This document shows positions 37,020 through 46,165 of a stretch of DNA of 64,000 nt, piece by piece. The stretch lies in the IMG/VR virus record IMGVR_UViG_3300045003_000080, positions 55,830 to 119,829 of that record. One strand, given 5' to 3'. Origin of the DNA: a virus. Every line of letters starts with the position of its first letter. The stretch's first letter is position 1. The notes under the pieces were generated by a model, which did not search any database, was not told the DNA's origin, and saw only the letters and a list, made by a program, of their open reading frames with translations. The position numbers were made by a program, and so were the translations under genes.

Positions 37020-37520
37020 TCATCCCTGCAGGGTAGCGTGCAACGCCGCGACCACGCCAGCGACACCCACACGCCGACGCGCCAACGCGAGCCCAAGGGT
37101 GCGCGTCACGCCAGCGTCCAGGCCGTGCCGGGTCGCGGCGTCGTCGACGCGTTCGAGCATCGCCGCCAGTTCGGCGCGCACGGTCAGCACGTGGCGGCGT
37201 TCGTCCAGGCGCATGCGCCGACTGGTGTCGGCTGCGACGCTGGCCAGGGTGGCGCTCAGGGCGCGCCGCAGCCGCATCAGCTGCTCGGGGTCGTACCAGC
37301 GCCAGCGCAGTGCGCGCCATGGCGTCGGCCGGGCGCGCAGCAGGTGTTCGTCGTCATCGTCGTCGGTGTAGAAGACCACCGGGTGGTTGTCCGCGAGGCG
37401 TTCCATCAACGCGTTGGTTCCGTCGTCGCGTAGTTCGGCGAAGAACGTGCGGGTGACGTGCTGCCCTTTTAGGGGTGTGGCGTGCAGTTGGAGGATCGGG
37501 TCGGAGCATGCTCCGGGCAC
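37020..37520 (-). CDS. Hypothetical protein (start uncertain)
   Basis: GC3-biased ORF. Confidence 0.5.
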   Translation of the reverse strand: MPGACSDPILQLHATPLKGQHVTRTFFAELRDDGTNALMERLADNHPVVFYTDDDDDEHLLRARPTPWRALRWRWYDPEQLMRLRRALSATLASVAADTSRRMRLDERRHVLTVRAELAAMLERVDDAATRHGLDAGVTRTLGLALARRRVGVAGVVAALHATLQG

Positions 37521-37729
37521 AATGGGTTGACTCCTTTGTCGGGGCGCTGTGGCCCCAGGGGCGAGCTGTCATTGGGTGTACGGGACATGTATGGCCCCTG
37601 GGGTTGCCCGGTGCCGCAACATCTTCGGGTAACGCACGTGGTACGGGCGCCGGGCGCGCCTGAATGTGTTGACGTGTTCGACGTTAACGCGTTGTGGTGC
37701 GTGTGCGCAAGGAAAACCCGGAAAACAAA

Positions 37730-37757
37730 TTGACGTGATTGCCGGGTGCGATAACGT
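37730..37757 (+). promoter_or_regulatory. Phage promoter motif, copy 1
   Basis: TTGACGTGATT-GCC-GGGTGCGA-TAACGT, also found at 41867. Confidence 0.6.
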
Positions 37758-37763
37758 GCCGCC

Positions 37764-37955
37764 ATGACAGAACAGGACGATTCCCTCGCCGGCCTCATCC
37801 CCCAGGTCGAGGTCTGGCCGGCCGACGCCTACGACCAACTCGCCGCACAGCTCGGCGAACCCGCACAGCCCGTCCCCGAACTGGTGGACCTGTTCGCACG
37901 CGACCGCACCCGGGCCGCGATACAGCGCCTCGACGACGTCGTGGACCGGCAGTGA
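37764..37955 (+). CDS. Hypothetical protein (possibly leaderless)
   Basis: 63 aa directly after the promoter motif. Confidence 0.6.
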   Translation: MTEQDDSLAGLIPQVEVWPADAYDQLAAQLGEPAQPVPELVDLFARDRTRAAIQRLDDVVDRQ

Positions 37956-38428
37956 GCGCCGACGTGTACCTGTATTTCTTCCCGGCCGACACCCCAGCCG
38001 ACGTGTATACGATCCCCACGTACAACGGGCCCGGCTGGTGCGATCGCCATGCCGAGTTCTGGCACCGCGTCCACGACACCACCACCGGCGAGCTGTGTAT
38101 CGGGCAGGGCAGTGGCGAACTGGACGAGACGCCGGGTTCTGAGTACTGCCCGGCAGCCGTGTGGTGGACGCGCCGCTACACCGACGACCGCCCGATCCTC
38201 ACCCCGGCGCTCGCCAAAGCGATCACCGTCGCTTTCAACTACCCGCACACCAGCAGCTACGAACAGATCGAATACCGTCAGCTGACGCGTGCAGACCCTT
38301 ACCGATACGGCAGACGCAGGGGCCGTTTCTTCGAGGCGCAACGTGGCGGGGGAGTGGCGAAGGCGCGCGAGGTGAAGCGGGAGCTGGCTGCGCACATCGG
38401 CGACCGGGTTGTGCCGTACGTGATGTGA
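37952..38428 (+). CDS. Hypothetical protein
   Basis: GTGA overlap; within track ORF 37739-38428. Confidence 0.65.
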   Translation: MSADVYLYFFPADTPADVYTIPTYNGPGWCDRHAEFWHRVHDTTTGELCIGQGSGELDETPGSEYCPAAVWWTRRYTDDRPILTPALAKAITVAFNYPHTSSYEQIEYRQLTRADPYRYGRRRGRFFEAQRGGGVAKAREVKRELAAHIGDRVVPYVM

Positions 38429-38516
38429 GACGGGGAGCCGTCGACTGGTCGATGCGGCGACATTGGCCACGACGACGGCTCCCCAGACTCCGCCTACGAG
38501 AGCGAAGACCCCCAGC

Positions 38517-38846
38517 CTACACGGCAACGGGATGATACGCACCCGTGTCGTCGAGCAACACGAACCCGCGCCACTTCACCCGCACCGGCACCCGCGAAAG
38601 GTCCCTGCCTGGGCGCACGACCCAGCCGAGTTGCCCGGCGCGCACCATGTTGTCGAACAGGTCCGACACGCAGCCCGCCCCGGCCGTCACGTCGCCGCAT
38701 ACCAGCAGCACGTTCGACGCCGCCTGGGGCCCGGTCTCGCAGCGCATCCACCAGGCGCGCGCCTGCCCGGCTGTGGGTTTGCCGCACTGTTCGCAGCATC
38801 CGGTGCACCGGTTCCACACGGTCGCGCGTAGTTCACGCGGCAGCAC
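38517..38846 (-). CDS. Degenerate HNH-like Zn-binding protein
   Basis: VWNRCTGCCEQCG...SNVLLVCG...GC...GWVV...VLLDDTG; the expected catalytic His is not seen. Confidence 0.6.
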   Translation of the reverse strand: MLPRELRATVWNRCTGCCEQCGKPTAGQARAWWMRCETGPQAASNVLLVCGDVTAGAGCVSDLFDNMVRAGQLGWVVRPGRDLSRVPVRVKWRGFVLLDDTGAYHPVAV

Positions 38847-39189
38847 GGGGAGATTGCTTTCGCGGTCGCGGCGTCCCCGGCGCCACGTCCACTGCACGGT
38901 ACCGCTCCTTCGCCTTCTTATCCGCTTTAGCTGGGGTTCCGACCTGCATCCAGGCGCGGCCCCCCGCGACCCCCTGGAAACGCTCCTGGCTGGCCGCCCA
39001 CCGGTAACACTCCTCCTGCACCGGGCACGAACGACACACCCCCACCGCCCACGCCCGCTCAGCAGGCGTAAGGGTCGCGGCGATGAACGGGCGCGACTGC
39101 GCCACCGGCAGCGACCCGCACGCCGCCCGCTTACGCCACTGCTCTCCCCCGAGCGGCGCACCCTCACGTTCCGGCGCGATCACCACCAT
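38833..39189 (-). CDS. whiB: WhiB-family transcription factor
   Basis: W..RAAC...VCRSCPVQEEC...GVAGG: four Cys plus turn motif. Confidence 0.85.
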   Translation of the reverse strand: MVVIAPEREGAPLGGEQWRKRAACGSLPVAQSRPFIAATLTPAERAWAVGVCRSCPVQEECYRWAASQERFQGVAGGRAWMQVGTPAKADKKAKERYRAVDVAPGTPRPRKQSPRAAA

Positions 39190-39198
39190 ACCGTGCGC

Positions 39199-39651
39199 CT
39201 ACACCCCGGTCTGCTGCTCGTACAGCTTCGCAGCCTTGTACAGGTCGTCGTACTCGCTCTTGTAGGTGTACCGCATCCACGCCGCGACACGGCGCGCCCG
39301 AAGGGCCCCGATGTTCTGGCGTTTCTTCGTGTCGGCGCCTTCGGGGATCGGGTATTCCTTCTCGGCCTCGCGCGCGAACGCCTCGTAGTCTGCCTGGTGG
39401 CTGTCGCGTAGGATCCGGTTCGCGGTCGAGGTGGCCCGGTAGCGGGCGTTGCGCAGATCCTGCGCGTCGGGGGTGAGCACACGTGACGAGCCCGGGTCTG
39501 TTGGCTGCCGGCTGCGTTCTTTCGACCGGCAGTCCTGGCAGAACCGGTCCCACCGGCGTGTGGTGACGCCCTGTTTGGTGACGTCCCTGAATGCGAACAT
39601 GCGCTCAGGTTTCGGTCCGCAACGCATACATGTTCGCGTTTTGTCGTCCAC
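39199..39651 (-). CDS. Zn-finger hypothetical protein
   Basis: CMRC...FCQDC. Confidence 0.65.
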   Translation of the reverse strand: MDDKTRTCMRCGPKPERMFAFRDVTKQGVTTRRWDRFCQDCRSKERSRQPTDPGSSRVLTPDAQDLRNARYRATSTANRILRDSHQADYEAFAREAEKEYPIPEGADTKKRQNIGALRARRVAAWMRYTYKSEYDDLYKAAKLYEQQTGV

Positions 39652-39701
39652 CCAAACCCCTCTCGCATGTTCGTGGGTTGTGGCGCAGAATACTGCCGAT
39701 C

Positions 39702-40415
39702 TTAACTCTGGGCCAATGGTGGCTGCGAATCATGGCGCGTAGACACGCGTCGACGGTCCGCCCCGAGTATCGCGACCTGCATCTGGCCGACCATTTCTGC
39801 CATGCGGGAGGCCACGCGTTCGCCGGTGATCGGGCCGAGTGACGACAACGGGTAGTTACTCGTCAGTAGCGTCGGTAGGCACCGTTCGTAACGCCCGTTG
39901 ATCAGCCGGTACACCACCTCCTCCGTCCAGTCCGTCAAATGCCCCGTACCCAGATCGTCCAAAAGTAGTAGCGGCGCGTCACGCAGCGCAGCCAGATGCG
40001 CCTCAGCCTGGGGAAACGGGCGCGAACGCAGCGCCCCGAACAGGTCGGCGAGGTTCGTGGAGCGCCACGCGTACGCCTTCGTCCCGCTCTCCGCGACCGC
40101 GCGCAACGCCCCATACGCCAGATGTGTCTTACCCGAACCGGTGGGCCCCGACAGCATCAGCGACGGGCACGAGCGCGCGTCGGCCGCGTACAGCGACGCC
40201 CAGTGCAGCACCGCAGGGTGCGTGGCGCGCGCGTCCCGGTACAACGGGGGCACCCGCTCCTCCCAGGCCGCCAGCGCGGCGCTACGAGCCTCCTGAGCGG
40301 CCTCCTGCGCGTCGACACCCACGGGCTCCGGCTCGGCGTCGGCAGTGTGGCTGTGGGCGGCCAACCGGGCGCGCCACCCCGACAACACCGGCTTACACGG
40401 ATCGGACATATTCAC
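39702..40415 (-). CDS. DnaC/IstB-like helicase-loader ATPase
   Basis: Walker A GPTGSGKT, Walker B LLLLDDLG, TSN, RVASR. Confidence 0.9.
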   Translation of the reverse strand: MNMSDPCKPVLSGWRARLAAHSHTADAEPEPVGVDAQEAAQEARSAALAAWEERVPPLYRDARATHPAVLHWASLYAADARSCPSLMLSGPTGSGKTHLAYGALRAVAESGTKAYAWRSTNLADLFGALRSRPFPQAEAHLAALRDAPLLLLDDLGTGHLTDWTEEVVYRLINGRYERCLPTLLTSNYPLSSLGPITGERVASRMAEMVGQMQVAILGADRRRVSTRHDSQPPLAQS

Positions 40416-41239
40416 CCATTGAGATAGTCGGCGTCGGTGAAGGTGTTACGCCAAGGCGTGTGACGCTTCGGGCCGTTCGGCGCCTCGATCGCGATACGCA
40501 GCGAATCGACCGTGACGGCGCGCTTGTCCTGCGCGATGCGCGCGAGCCCGATGGTGATCTGCTCGTCGCTGTGGCCGGCGCGCACGGCAGCGCGCACCAC
40601 CCCGGCGACCGCGACGAACTTCGACAAGGGCACCCGGTCGGTGTAGGTGCGCGCCAACCGGTTGACGCGCTGCCCTTCCGTCTCGGGAGGGTCGGGCAGT
40701 CCTTCGACGAGGGGGAGCTGCTGCGCGTTCGCCGGAGGCGTGCGCGCCGTAGTTGTCTTTTCCGTTCTTCCGTTAACTTCCGTTATATAAGGGTGGTACG
40801 GCTCCCGTACTAGTGGTGGTACGGCTCCCGTACTAGTACTGTCCGGCTCCCGTACTAGTACGTTCCCCGTACTAGTAGCGCTCCCGTACTGGGGGGGTGG
40901 TACGGGAGCCGTACTAGTGACTGGTACGGCTCCCGTACTAGTAGCGGGCCTGTGGGGCGCGGGCAACTCCGGTTGGAAGCCGGGCATCCGGTAGACAGAT
41001 CGCCCCTTAGGGCCGTTTTCACCCTCAATGCTCTCGATCTCTCCAAGTTTGCGCAGGGTGATGAGGGCAGTGTTGACGGTGCTGCGCGCCAGTCGCGCTT
41101 TGTGTTGCAGCTCCGTCATGGACAGCCACGCGCGCCCGGTTTCCCTGTTGAGGGTGTCGGCGATGGCGAGCAGGACGAGCAGGGCGGGGCCTTTGGCTTG
41201 GGAGTGTTCCCACGCCCAGGTGGTGGCGTAGACGCTCAC
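40412..41239 (-). CDS. Replication initiator (N-terminal HTH, lambda O-like organisation)
   Basis: LVLLAIAD...AWLSMTEL...STVNTALITL; internal iterons; coupled to DnaC-like gene. Confidence 0.85.
   Translation of the reverse strand: MSVYATTWAWEHSQAKGPALLVLLAIADTLNRETGRAWLSMTELQHKARLARSTVNTALITLRKLGEIESIEGENGPKGRSVYRMPGFQPELPAPHRPATSTGAVPVTSTAPVPPPQYGSATSTGNVLVREPDSTSTGAVPPLVREPYHPYITEVNGRTEKTTTARTPPANAQQLPLVEGLPDPPETEGQRVNRLARTYTDRVPLSKFVAVAGVVRAAVRAGHSDEQITIGLARIAQDKRAVTVDSLRIAIEAPNGPKRHTPWRNTFTDADYLNG
40795..40943. repeat. Iteron cluster, putative replication origin
   Basis: About 7 copies of (GGCT)CCCGTACTAGT spaced ~17-25 nt inside the initiator gene, next to an AT-rich patch (TTAAC...TTATATAA). 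Confidence 0.85.
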
Positions 41240-41320
41240 GCCGCGCCCCCCGGGCGTGCATGCGACGGGTATGCCGGATTTGCTATGGGTGAAGTCATCT
41301 GATACCGTCGCTTCTGGTCC

Positions 41321-41348
41321 GAGCCCCGTAGACGCGTCTACGGGGCTC
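41321..41348. terminator. Perfect 28-bp palindrome
   Basis: GAGCCCCGTAGACG|CGTCTACGGGGCTC between GntR gene end and initiator start. Confidence 0.65.
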
Positions 41349-41388
41349 TCTTTCTGAACGGTAGGTGATGTGGAGCGTGTGACTCGTG

Positions 41389-41829
41389 TTACGCGGCGAC
41401 CGGCTCAGGGGAGACGTCGGTGGCGGCGAGCGCGGGGTCGATCACGGAGAGCAAATGGTTCGTCAACGGGTTGTTTTTCGTCTTGGCCAGGTGGTCGCGC
41501 AGCGATCGGGCGTGGTCGCGCGTGGCCTCGTCGTGCGCGACAAGGGCGGCCAGCAGTTCGGGGTCGAACAGATTCCATTCCCCGCGTGACGCGACACAGG
41601 TGCCGGTGTGCGGCCGGGCGGTGACAACGCGTTTACCTTCGAGGATGCGCAGGGCCTCGCGCACGACGGTGCGGGACACGGTGTAGTCGCGTTCGAGATC
41701 CTCGTAGAAGAGGCGGTCGCCGGGGCGTAGTTGACCTGCGCCGATGAGGGCCAGGAGGGTGTCGGCGAGGTACTCCGCGCGGGTGCCGTGTCGGCGTGGT
41801 TGTGGTGGTGGAAGGGGAGGGGATTCCAT
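41389..41829 (-). CDS. GntR/FadR-family regulator
   Basis: LRPGDRL...VSRTVVREALRILE...GTCV. Confidence 0.9.
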   Translation of the reverse strand: MESPPLPPPQPRRHGTRAEYLADTLLALIGAGQLRPGDRLFYEDLERDYTVSRTVVREALRILEGKRVVTARPHTGTCVASRGEWNLFDPELLAALVAHDEATRDHARSLRDHLAKTKNNPLTNHLLSVIDPALAATDVSPEPVAA

Positions 41830-41866
41830 CCCTTGATGGTACTGCCGCCATGGTCACTGAGCCGCC

Positions 41867-41895
41867 TTGACGTGATTAGGGGGTGCGAGTATGTT
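41867..41895 (+). promoter_or_regulatory. Phage promoter motif, copy 2
   Basis: TTGACGTGATT-AGG-GGGTGCGA-GTATGTT, that is TTGACG-N17-TATGTT. Confidence 0.65.
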
Positions 41896-41927
41896 AAGGG
41901 GGGAAGTTTATTACAGGAGGAAACAGC

Positions 41928-43004
41928 TTGATCACGCCGACCGACGTACGCAACTGGCTCGTGCTAGGCGGCAAGACGCCAGACACGGACGAGGGAGCAG
42001 ACGAGCCGGAAGTGCCGTCGTTCGTGGTGTCCGCCAACGTGCAACTCGAACACGTGCGCACCAAATGCTTCATCGACCACGACGCCAGCTCCAACCCCGT
42101 GTTCCGCCCAGGCCCAGACGGGACGAACAGCGCTGCCGCCACCGCGAGTATCAGTTGCGCATGCGGAGTCGTAAACAAGTTGATGGTTTCGCGTCGCGTC
42201 GTCAGCGTCGACATCGTCGCCAACGACCTCGCCGCCCACGCCGGCCAAGACTTACGCGACGCCATCGCCGACGCTGAAAGCCACAACTATCTGGACGACC
42301 TGCTCTTTGAACTCGAACAAAGAGGCGTGATCAAGGACGACGGCAAAGGACACTGGGTCATCGCGGCAGCCGCATCAACCATCACCGCACCCCCCGAGCC
42401 TGAGATTGAGCAGCTTCCGATCCCGCAACCCGAGCCCGCCCCAGTCGTCGTCGACACCGTCGAAGAGGCCCCCGCACCCCCAGTCGCCCCCCCGGCGCCG
42501 AAGCCGAAGCCGAAGCCGAAGCCGCCAGCCGCCACTGTTACTACAGTGCCGCACCCCACAGCCGCCCCGACCACGCCGACACCAACACCGGTACGCGTGC
42601 ACGTCTCCCGCAAGCGGGCACGCGCACGCGCACGCGACACCGCACCCACACCACCGGCTGCTACACCCACGCCAGCCGCCCCACCCGCACCCCCGAAGCG
42701 GCCAGCCGCCCCACCCGTACCCGAACTGCCGCCCCTGCCAGCCAAGCGGCCCTTCAACAAACTCACCAAAGCGGAACGCGAAACGCCGGTCGACGACTAC
42801 CACACGCAGCGAGCGAACCGGCCGCGCAACCGGCGCCCGAAAGCCCGGTGCCCATACTGTGGCAACTGGTCCGACCTCACCCCCCAAAACACCGTGTGGA
42901 AACACCTACACGGCCTGGACCCGTGCCCTGGTATCGGCTACCCGCCCGAGAACCTGCGCATCACACCCCGCACGAACCCACCCGGCGTATATGATGCGAC
43001 GTGA
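41928..43004 (+). CDS. Pro-rich protein with terminal Zn-binding motifs
   Basis: RBS AGGAGG; CACG; long Pro/Thr linker; CPYC...H...CPG. Confidence 0.7.
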   Translation: MITPTDVRNWLVLGGKTPDTDEGADEPEVPSFVVSANVQLEHVRTKCFIDHDASSNPVFRPGPDGTNSAAATASISCACGVVNKLMVSRRVVSVDIVANDLAAHAGQDLRDAIADAESHNYLDDLLFELEQRGVIKDDGKGHWVIAAAASTITAPPEPEIEQLPIPQPEPAPVVVDTVEEAPAPPVAPPAPKPKPKPKPPAATVTTVPHPTAAPTTPTPTPVRVHVSRKRARARARDTAPTPPAATPTPAAPPAPPKRPAAPPVPELPPLPAKRPFNKLTKAERETPVDDYHTQRANRPRNRRPKARCPYCGNWSDLTPQNTVWKHLHGLDPCPGIGYPPENLRITPRTNPPGVYDAT

Positions 43005-43124
43005 ACCAGGGGCCAGGATCATCGTGTAGCCCGAACGCCGACACGGCACCACCAGCGCACGCACCTCGCCGGCGTCCCGCTCCGTCCCTGGCCGAAAACC
43101 AGAGATCGCAGCAGGGGGAGACAC

Positions 43125-43394
43125 ATGTCCAGGCCCAACAGTCCGCACGCCAAACCCCGGGTCACCAGTAAGCCGCGACCACGAGACGACACGGGTACCG
43201 GCCAGCTCCACACGTTGGTCGAGCCCGCACAGGGCGTGGTGACCTGCCCGATCTGCCAGGGCGAAGCGCTCGTCGGCGCGAACCGGCTCGTCCTGTGGCA
43301 CTCGGCTACCGACCATGACGGGGCGCCGATCGACTGCCCAGGGATCGGCACGTACATGCCCGGCGTCGACTCGCTCGGCAAGGAGGCCGCGTAG
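43125..43394 (+). CDS. Zn-ribbon protein
   Basis: CPIC...H...CPG, the same motif as the upstream gene's C-terminus. Confidence 0.65.
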   Translation: MSRPNSPHAKPRVTSKPRPRDDTGTGQLHTLVEPAQGVVTCPICQGEALVGANRLVLWHSATDHDGAPIDCPGIGTYMPGVDSLGKEAA

Positions 43395-43796
43395 ATGCTG
43401 GCGCAGGCCGACGCTGAGGCCCATTTCGCGGCGATACCCGACCGGGTCGAGCGCGGTTACGAATGGCTGGGCAAAATCGACCCGGAGCGTCACGTGCAGA
43501 TCCTCCCGGGCGAGATCAAGATGTGGAGCAACCGATGGTGCGTGCTGGGCCAGTACGCGCACGCGTTCCGGTTCGCGGGACCCAACGCTCCGTATCAACT
43601 ACTAGAAGCGGCTGGCGTCGACCCGGGGGACCAGGTGTTCCTTCAGGAGAACGGTTTCGCGTGCCCGATCGGGTGGGAGCATCACGCTGATTTCCTGGAC
43701 CTGCAGAGCTATTACGAGCTGCTGCGTGAGGCGTGGGTGAATATTCTGACGCACGAACCGACGCGTGTGCTTGACACCACGCCCGCGCATAGGTAA
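43395..43796 (+). CDS. Hypothetical phage protein
   Basis: RVERGYEWL...CVLGQ...GF. Confidence 0.7.
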   Translation: MLAQADAEAHFAAIPDRVERGYEWLGKIDPERHVQILPGEIKMWSNRWCVLGQYAHAFRFAGPNAPYQLLEAAGVDPGDQVFLQENGFACPIGWEHHADFLDLQSYYELLREAWVNILTHEPTRVLDTTPAHR

Positions 43797-43939
43797 TTTC
43801 ATAGTCAGGCCCATCGTCTGTTTTCGTCCACGACACGATGGTGCGTACCACCCCTCCGGAAACAAACAGTCAGACACGTACACTGGCTGGTACAACGCCG
43901 GGCCGTCCGTTTCCCCCGCGACGGGCGGCCCGGCACCAA

Positions 43940-44012
43940 GCCCCTGTAGCTCAACGGATAGAGCACTGCACTACGGATGCAGACGTTGCGAGTTCGAATC
44001 CCGCCTGGGGCG
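43940..44012 (+). tRNA. tRNA-Arg(ACG)
   Basis: Cloverleaf; anticodon arm CTGCA-CTACGGA-TGCAG; TTCGAAT; one mismatch each in acceptor and T stems. Confidence 0.85.
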
Positions 44013-44073
44013 CAAACCGGCGACCACAATACGTCCGAACCTATGGAAGTCACGTCGCCGGCCGCAATTCCCC

Positions 44074-44147
44074 GTCCCAGTAGCTTCAGTGGAAAGAGCG
44101 CTGCCCTCCGGAGGCAGAGGTCGCGAGTTCGAATCTCGCTTGGGACA
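44074..44147 (+). tRNA. tRNA-Arg(CCG)
   Basis: CTGCC-CTCCGGA-GGCAG; GCGAG-TTCGAAT-CTCGC. Confidence 0.9.
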
Positions 44148-44282
44148 CGCGCAGCCCGCCACACGCAGCCCGTCAGCGTAGGCACCTGCGCCGACGGGTG
44201 TGGCCCCTCCGGCTGCCCCCGGACTGGCCACACCCGCCCCACCCCGGGGAGCCGTCTGCTGCCAGGCGGCTCCCCACCCCGG

Positions 44283-44354
44283 TCCCCTGTAGCTCAACGG
44301 ATAGAGCGGGGGCTTCCTAAGCCTCGCGTCCCGGTTCGAATCCGGGCGGGGGAG
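44283..44354 (+). tRNA. tRNA-Arg(CCT)
   Basis: GGGGC-TTCCTAA-GCCTC; CCCGG-TTCGAAT-CCGGG. Confidence 0.9.
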
Positions 44355-44371
44355 CGTTAACATATGAATAC

Positions 44372-44445
44372 GGGCCCGTAGCTCAGCAGGTACGAGCGAT
44401 TTCCCCACAAGAAATAGGTCGTTGGTTCGATCCCAACCGGGCCCA
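44372..44445 (+). tRNA. tRNA-Val(CAC)
   Basis: ATTTC-CCCACAA-GAAAT (C at position 33); GTTGG-TTCGATC-CCAAC. Confidence 0.8.
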
Positions 44446-44510
44446 CTCGCCCCTGGTGGCTGTAGCGCAGGCGGTAACCTGCTGTCCAAGCGCCGTCGGG
44501 GGAGACGCAA

Positions 44511-44582
44511 CGCCCTGTAGCTCACCGGTAGAGCGCCGCCACGACAAGGCGGAGGTACCCTGACCAACACAGGGCGGGGCGA
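44511..44582 (+). tRNA. tRNA-Val(GAC)-like RNA with non-canonical T and anticodon loops
   Basis: All four stems pair; anticodon loop ACGACAA, T loop ACCAACA. Confidence 0.6.
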
Positions 44583-44669
44583 CCGGGTGCCACGCGCACA
44601 TCTGCTCCACGCGGTGCGCGCACCCAGGGTGGTCCCGCCCTGCCGCACAGGGACGGGACCACCCGTTAC

Positions 44670-44740
44670 GGACACGTAGCTCAACGGTAGAGCAGCCGGC
44701 TGATAACCGACCGACGTAGGTTCAACTCCTGCCGGGTCCA
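44670..44740 (+). tRNA. tRNA-Ile(GAT)
   Basis: GCCGG-CTGATAA-CCGAC; GTAGG-TTCAACT-CCTGC; some stem mismatches. Confidence 0.8.
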
Positions 44741-45000
44741 CGAGGGCCTGGACGCCGAAGCTGACACGGTGTTCTCCTGAACCCATAGCCGCGTCCGGGC
44801 CCGCACAAGGTTTCCCGGGGGCCGATATCGGGGCGGTGCCCTTACACTCTTCGCCTCTGGGAGCGTCGTTGCGGGAGGCTGTTAACAAAACGGTACCCAA
44901 AGTGCATTCGCTTCCTGCAGCCCCGTTTCTGGCGGCCATGGGTTCACGCGGTTCCCGAACTACGACCGCCGCCAGACCACTTGTAGTATCGTAGCTGGCT

Positions 45001-45558
45001 GTGACGGATCAGCTACCAGGCCACCTGTTGTCGGCGAAACCCGGCGAGGAAAAGATCACCGAAACATGGAGATCACTACTCGGGCAGCTCCAACAGGTGC
45101 GCCGGCAACGCCGCATCAGTCAAATCAAACTGTCTGGTGTGCTCAACTTGATGGTGCTGGAAGGGAAAGCCGCCCCTGCGCTCACCGCCTGGGAGACGGG
45201 CAAGGATCTCCCGGCACTGGGCAACCTCATCAACTGGGCCGAAGCGCTCGGCCTCACGTTAGTGATACGCGAGCCCGGACGGGTCGCGTCGCCTCTCGTG
45301 CCGGAGCGGAACGAAAGCGCGGCTCGTTTCCAGTGCCGCAAACTCGTACGACCACTCGTCGAAGCCCGCGTGGGCAGGGAATGGACGCAGGAAATGGTCG
45401 GCAAGCAGGTGGGCGCCAGCGCATGGTCGGTGCACATGTGGGAGCGAGGGCTGCGCAACCCGCGCCTGATGAAGCTGCTGAAATGGTGTCAACTCCTGGA
45501 GTGCGAGGTAGTGCTGATGCCGCATCACCAGGGAACGGGCACGACCACAGTACGATAA
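45001..45558 (+). CDS. Tandem XRE-type HTH protein inside the tRNA cluster
   Basis: Two HTH units: RRQRRISQ...AWETGKDLP and REWTQEMVG...WERGLRNP. Confidence 0.85.
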   Translation: MTDQLPGHLLSAKPGEEKITETWRSLLGQLQQVRRQRRISQIKLSGVLNLMVLEGKAAPALTAWETGKDLPALGNLINWAEALGLTLVIREPGRVASPLVPERNESAARFQCRKLVRPLVEARVGREWTQEMVGKQVGASAWSVHMWERGLRNPRLMKLLKWCQLLECEVVLMPHHQGTGTTTVR

Positions 45559-45578
45559 TCGTGTATGGTTCGCGTAGC

Positions 45579-45652
45579 GGCGCTGTAGCTCAGTTGGTAC
45601 GAGCGTCTGACTGAAAATCGGAAGGGCCCTGGTTCGATCCCAGGCGGCGCCA
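45579..45652 (+). tRNA. tRNA-Phe(GAA)
   Basis: TCTGA-CTGAAAA-TCGGA; CCTGG-TTCGATC-CCAGG. Confidence 0.9.
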
Positions 45653-45663
45653 CTGTTGTACCT

Positions 45664-45736
45664 GGGGCTGTAACTCAATTGGCAGAGTATTATACTTTTA
45701 ATATAAGAGTTGTGGGTTCGAGTCCCACCAGCCCCA
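45664..45736 (+). tRNA. tRNA-Lys(TTT)
   Basis: TTATA-CTTTTAA-TATAA; GTGGG-TTCGAGT-CCCAC. Confidence 0.9.
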
Positions 45737-45796
45737 CTGTGCTGGTCGCCGTGTTCACGAACGTGTGCCCGAAGCGCATGCGCGACCAGCCGCACC

Positions 45797-45869
45797 GCCC
45801 CCATCTTCTAGCGGCCAAGGATGCAACCCTCTCAAGGTTGTGGCGCGGGTTCGAATCCCGTTGGGGGTA
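45797..45869 (+). tRNA. tRNA-Glu(CTC)
   Basis: CAACC-CTCTCAA-GGTTG; GCGGG-TTCGAAT-CCCGT. Confidence 0.9.
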
Positions 45870-45923
45870 CTGGTCGGCGCCCACGAATGTGCGTTTCCCA
45901 GCCTTTTCCGGCGCCGGCCTCTT

Positions 45924-45996
45924 GCTCCGGTCGTCTAGCGGCCTAGGACGCCGCCCTTTCAAGGCGGTAGCGCGGGTTCGAATCCCGTCCGGAGCA
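45924..45996 (+). tRNA. tRNA-Glu(TTC)
   Basis: CCGCC-CTTTCAA-GGCGG; GCGGG-TTCGAAT-CCCGT. Confidence 0.92.
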
Positions 45997-46165
45997 CCGG
46001 CCGGCGCCCGTAAGCGAAACGTTCTCCGATCACGGTACGGCGCTGGCCGCCCGTTTCAGGCGTGCTACCGGTTAAGGCCAAATGGTAACACGTTTAGTTG
46101 CTGGTCGCGAGGGTGGATGTTATGGTGTTCCCATCCCATTGACCCCTTCGCAGGGAGCGAAAACC

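Noticed and set aside
37540-37605. Possible structured RNA (CCCCAGGGGC...GCCCCTGGGG)
   Set aside because: A single GC-rich stem with no recognisable family features; insufficient support.
42498-42524. (CCGAAG)n tandem repeat
   Set aside because: Encodes a PKPKPKPKP linker in a Pro-rich protein.
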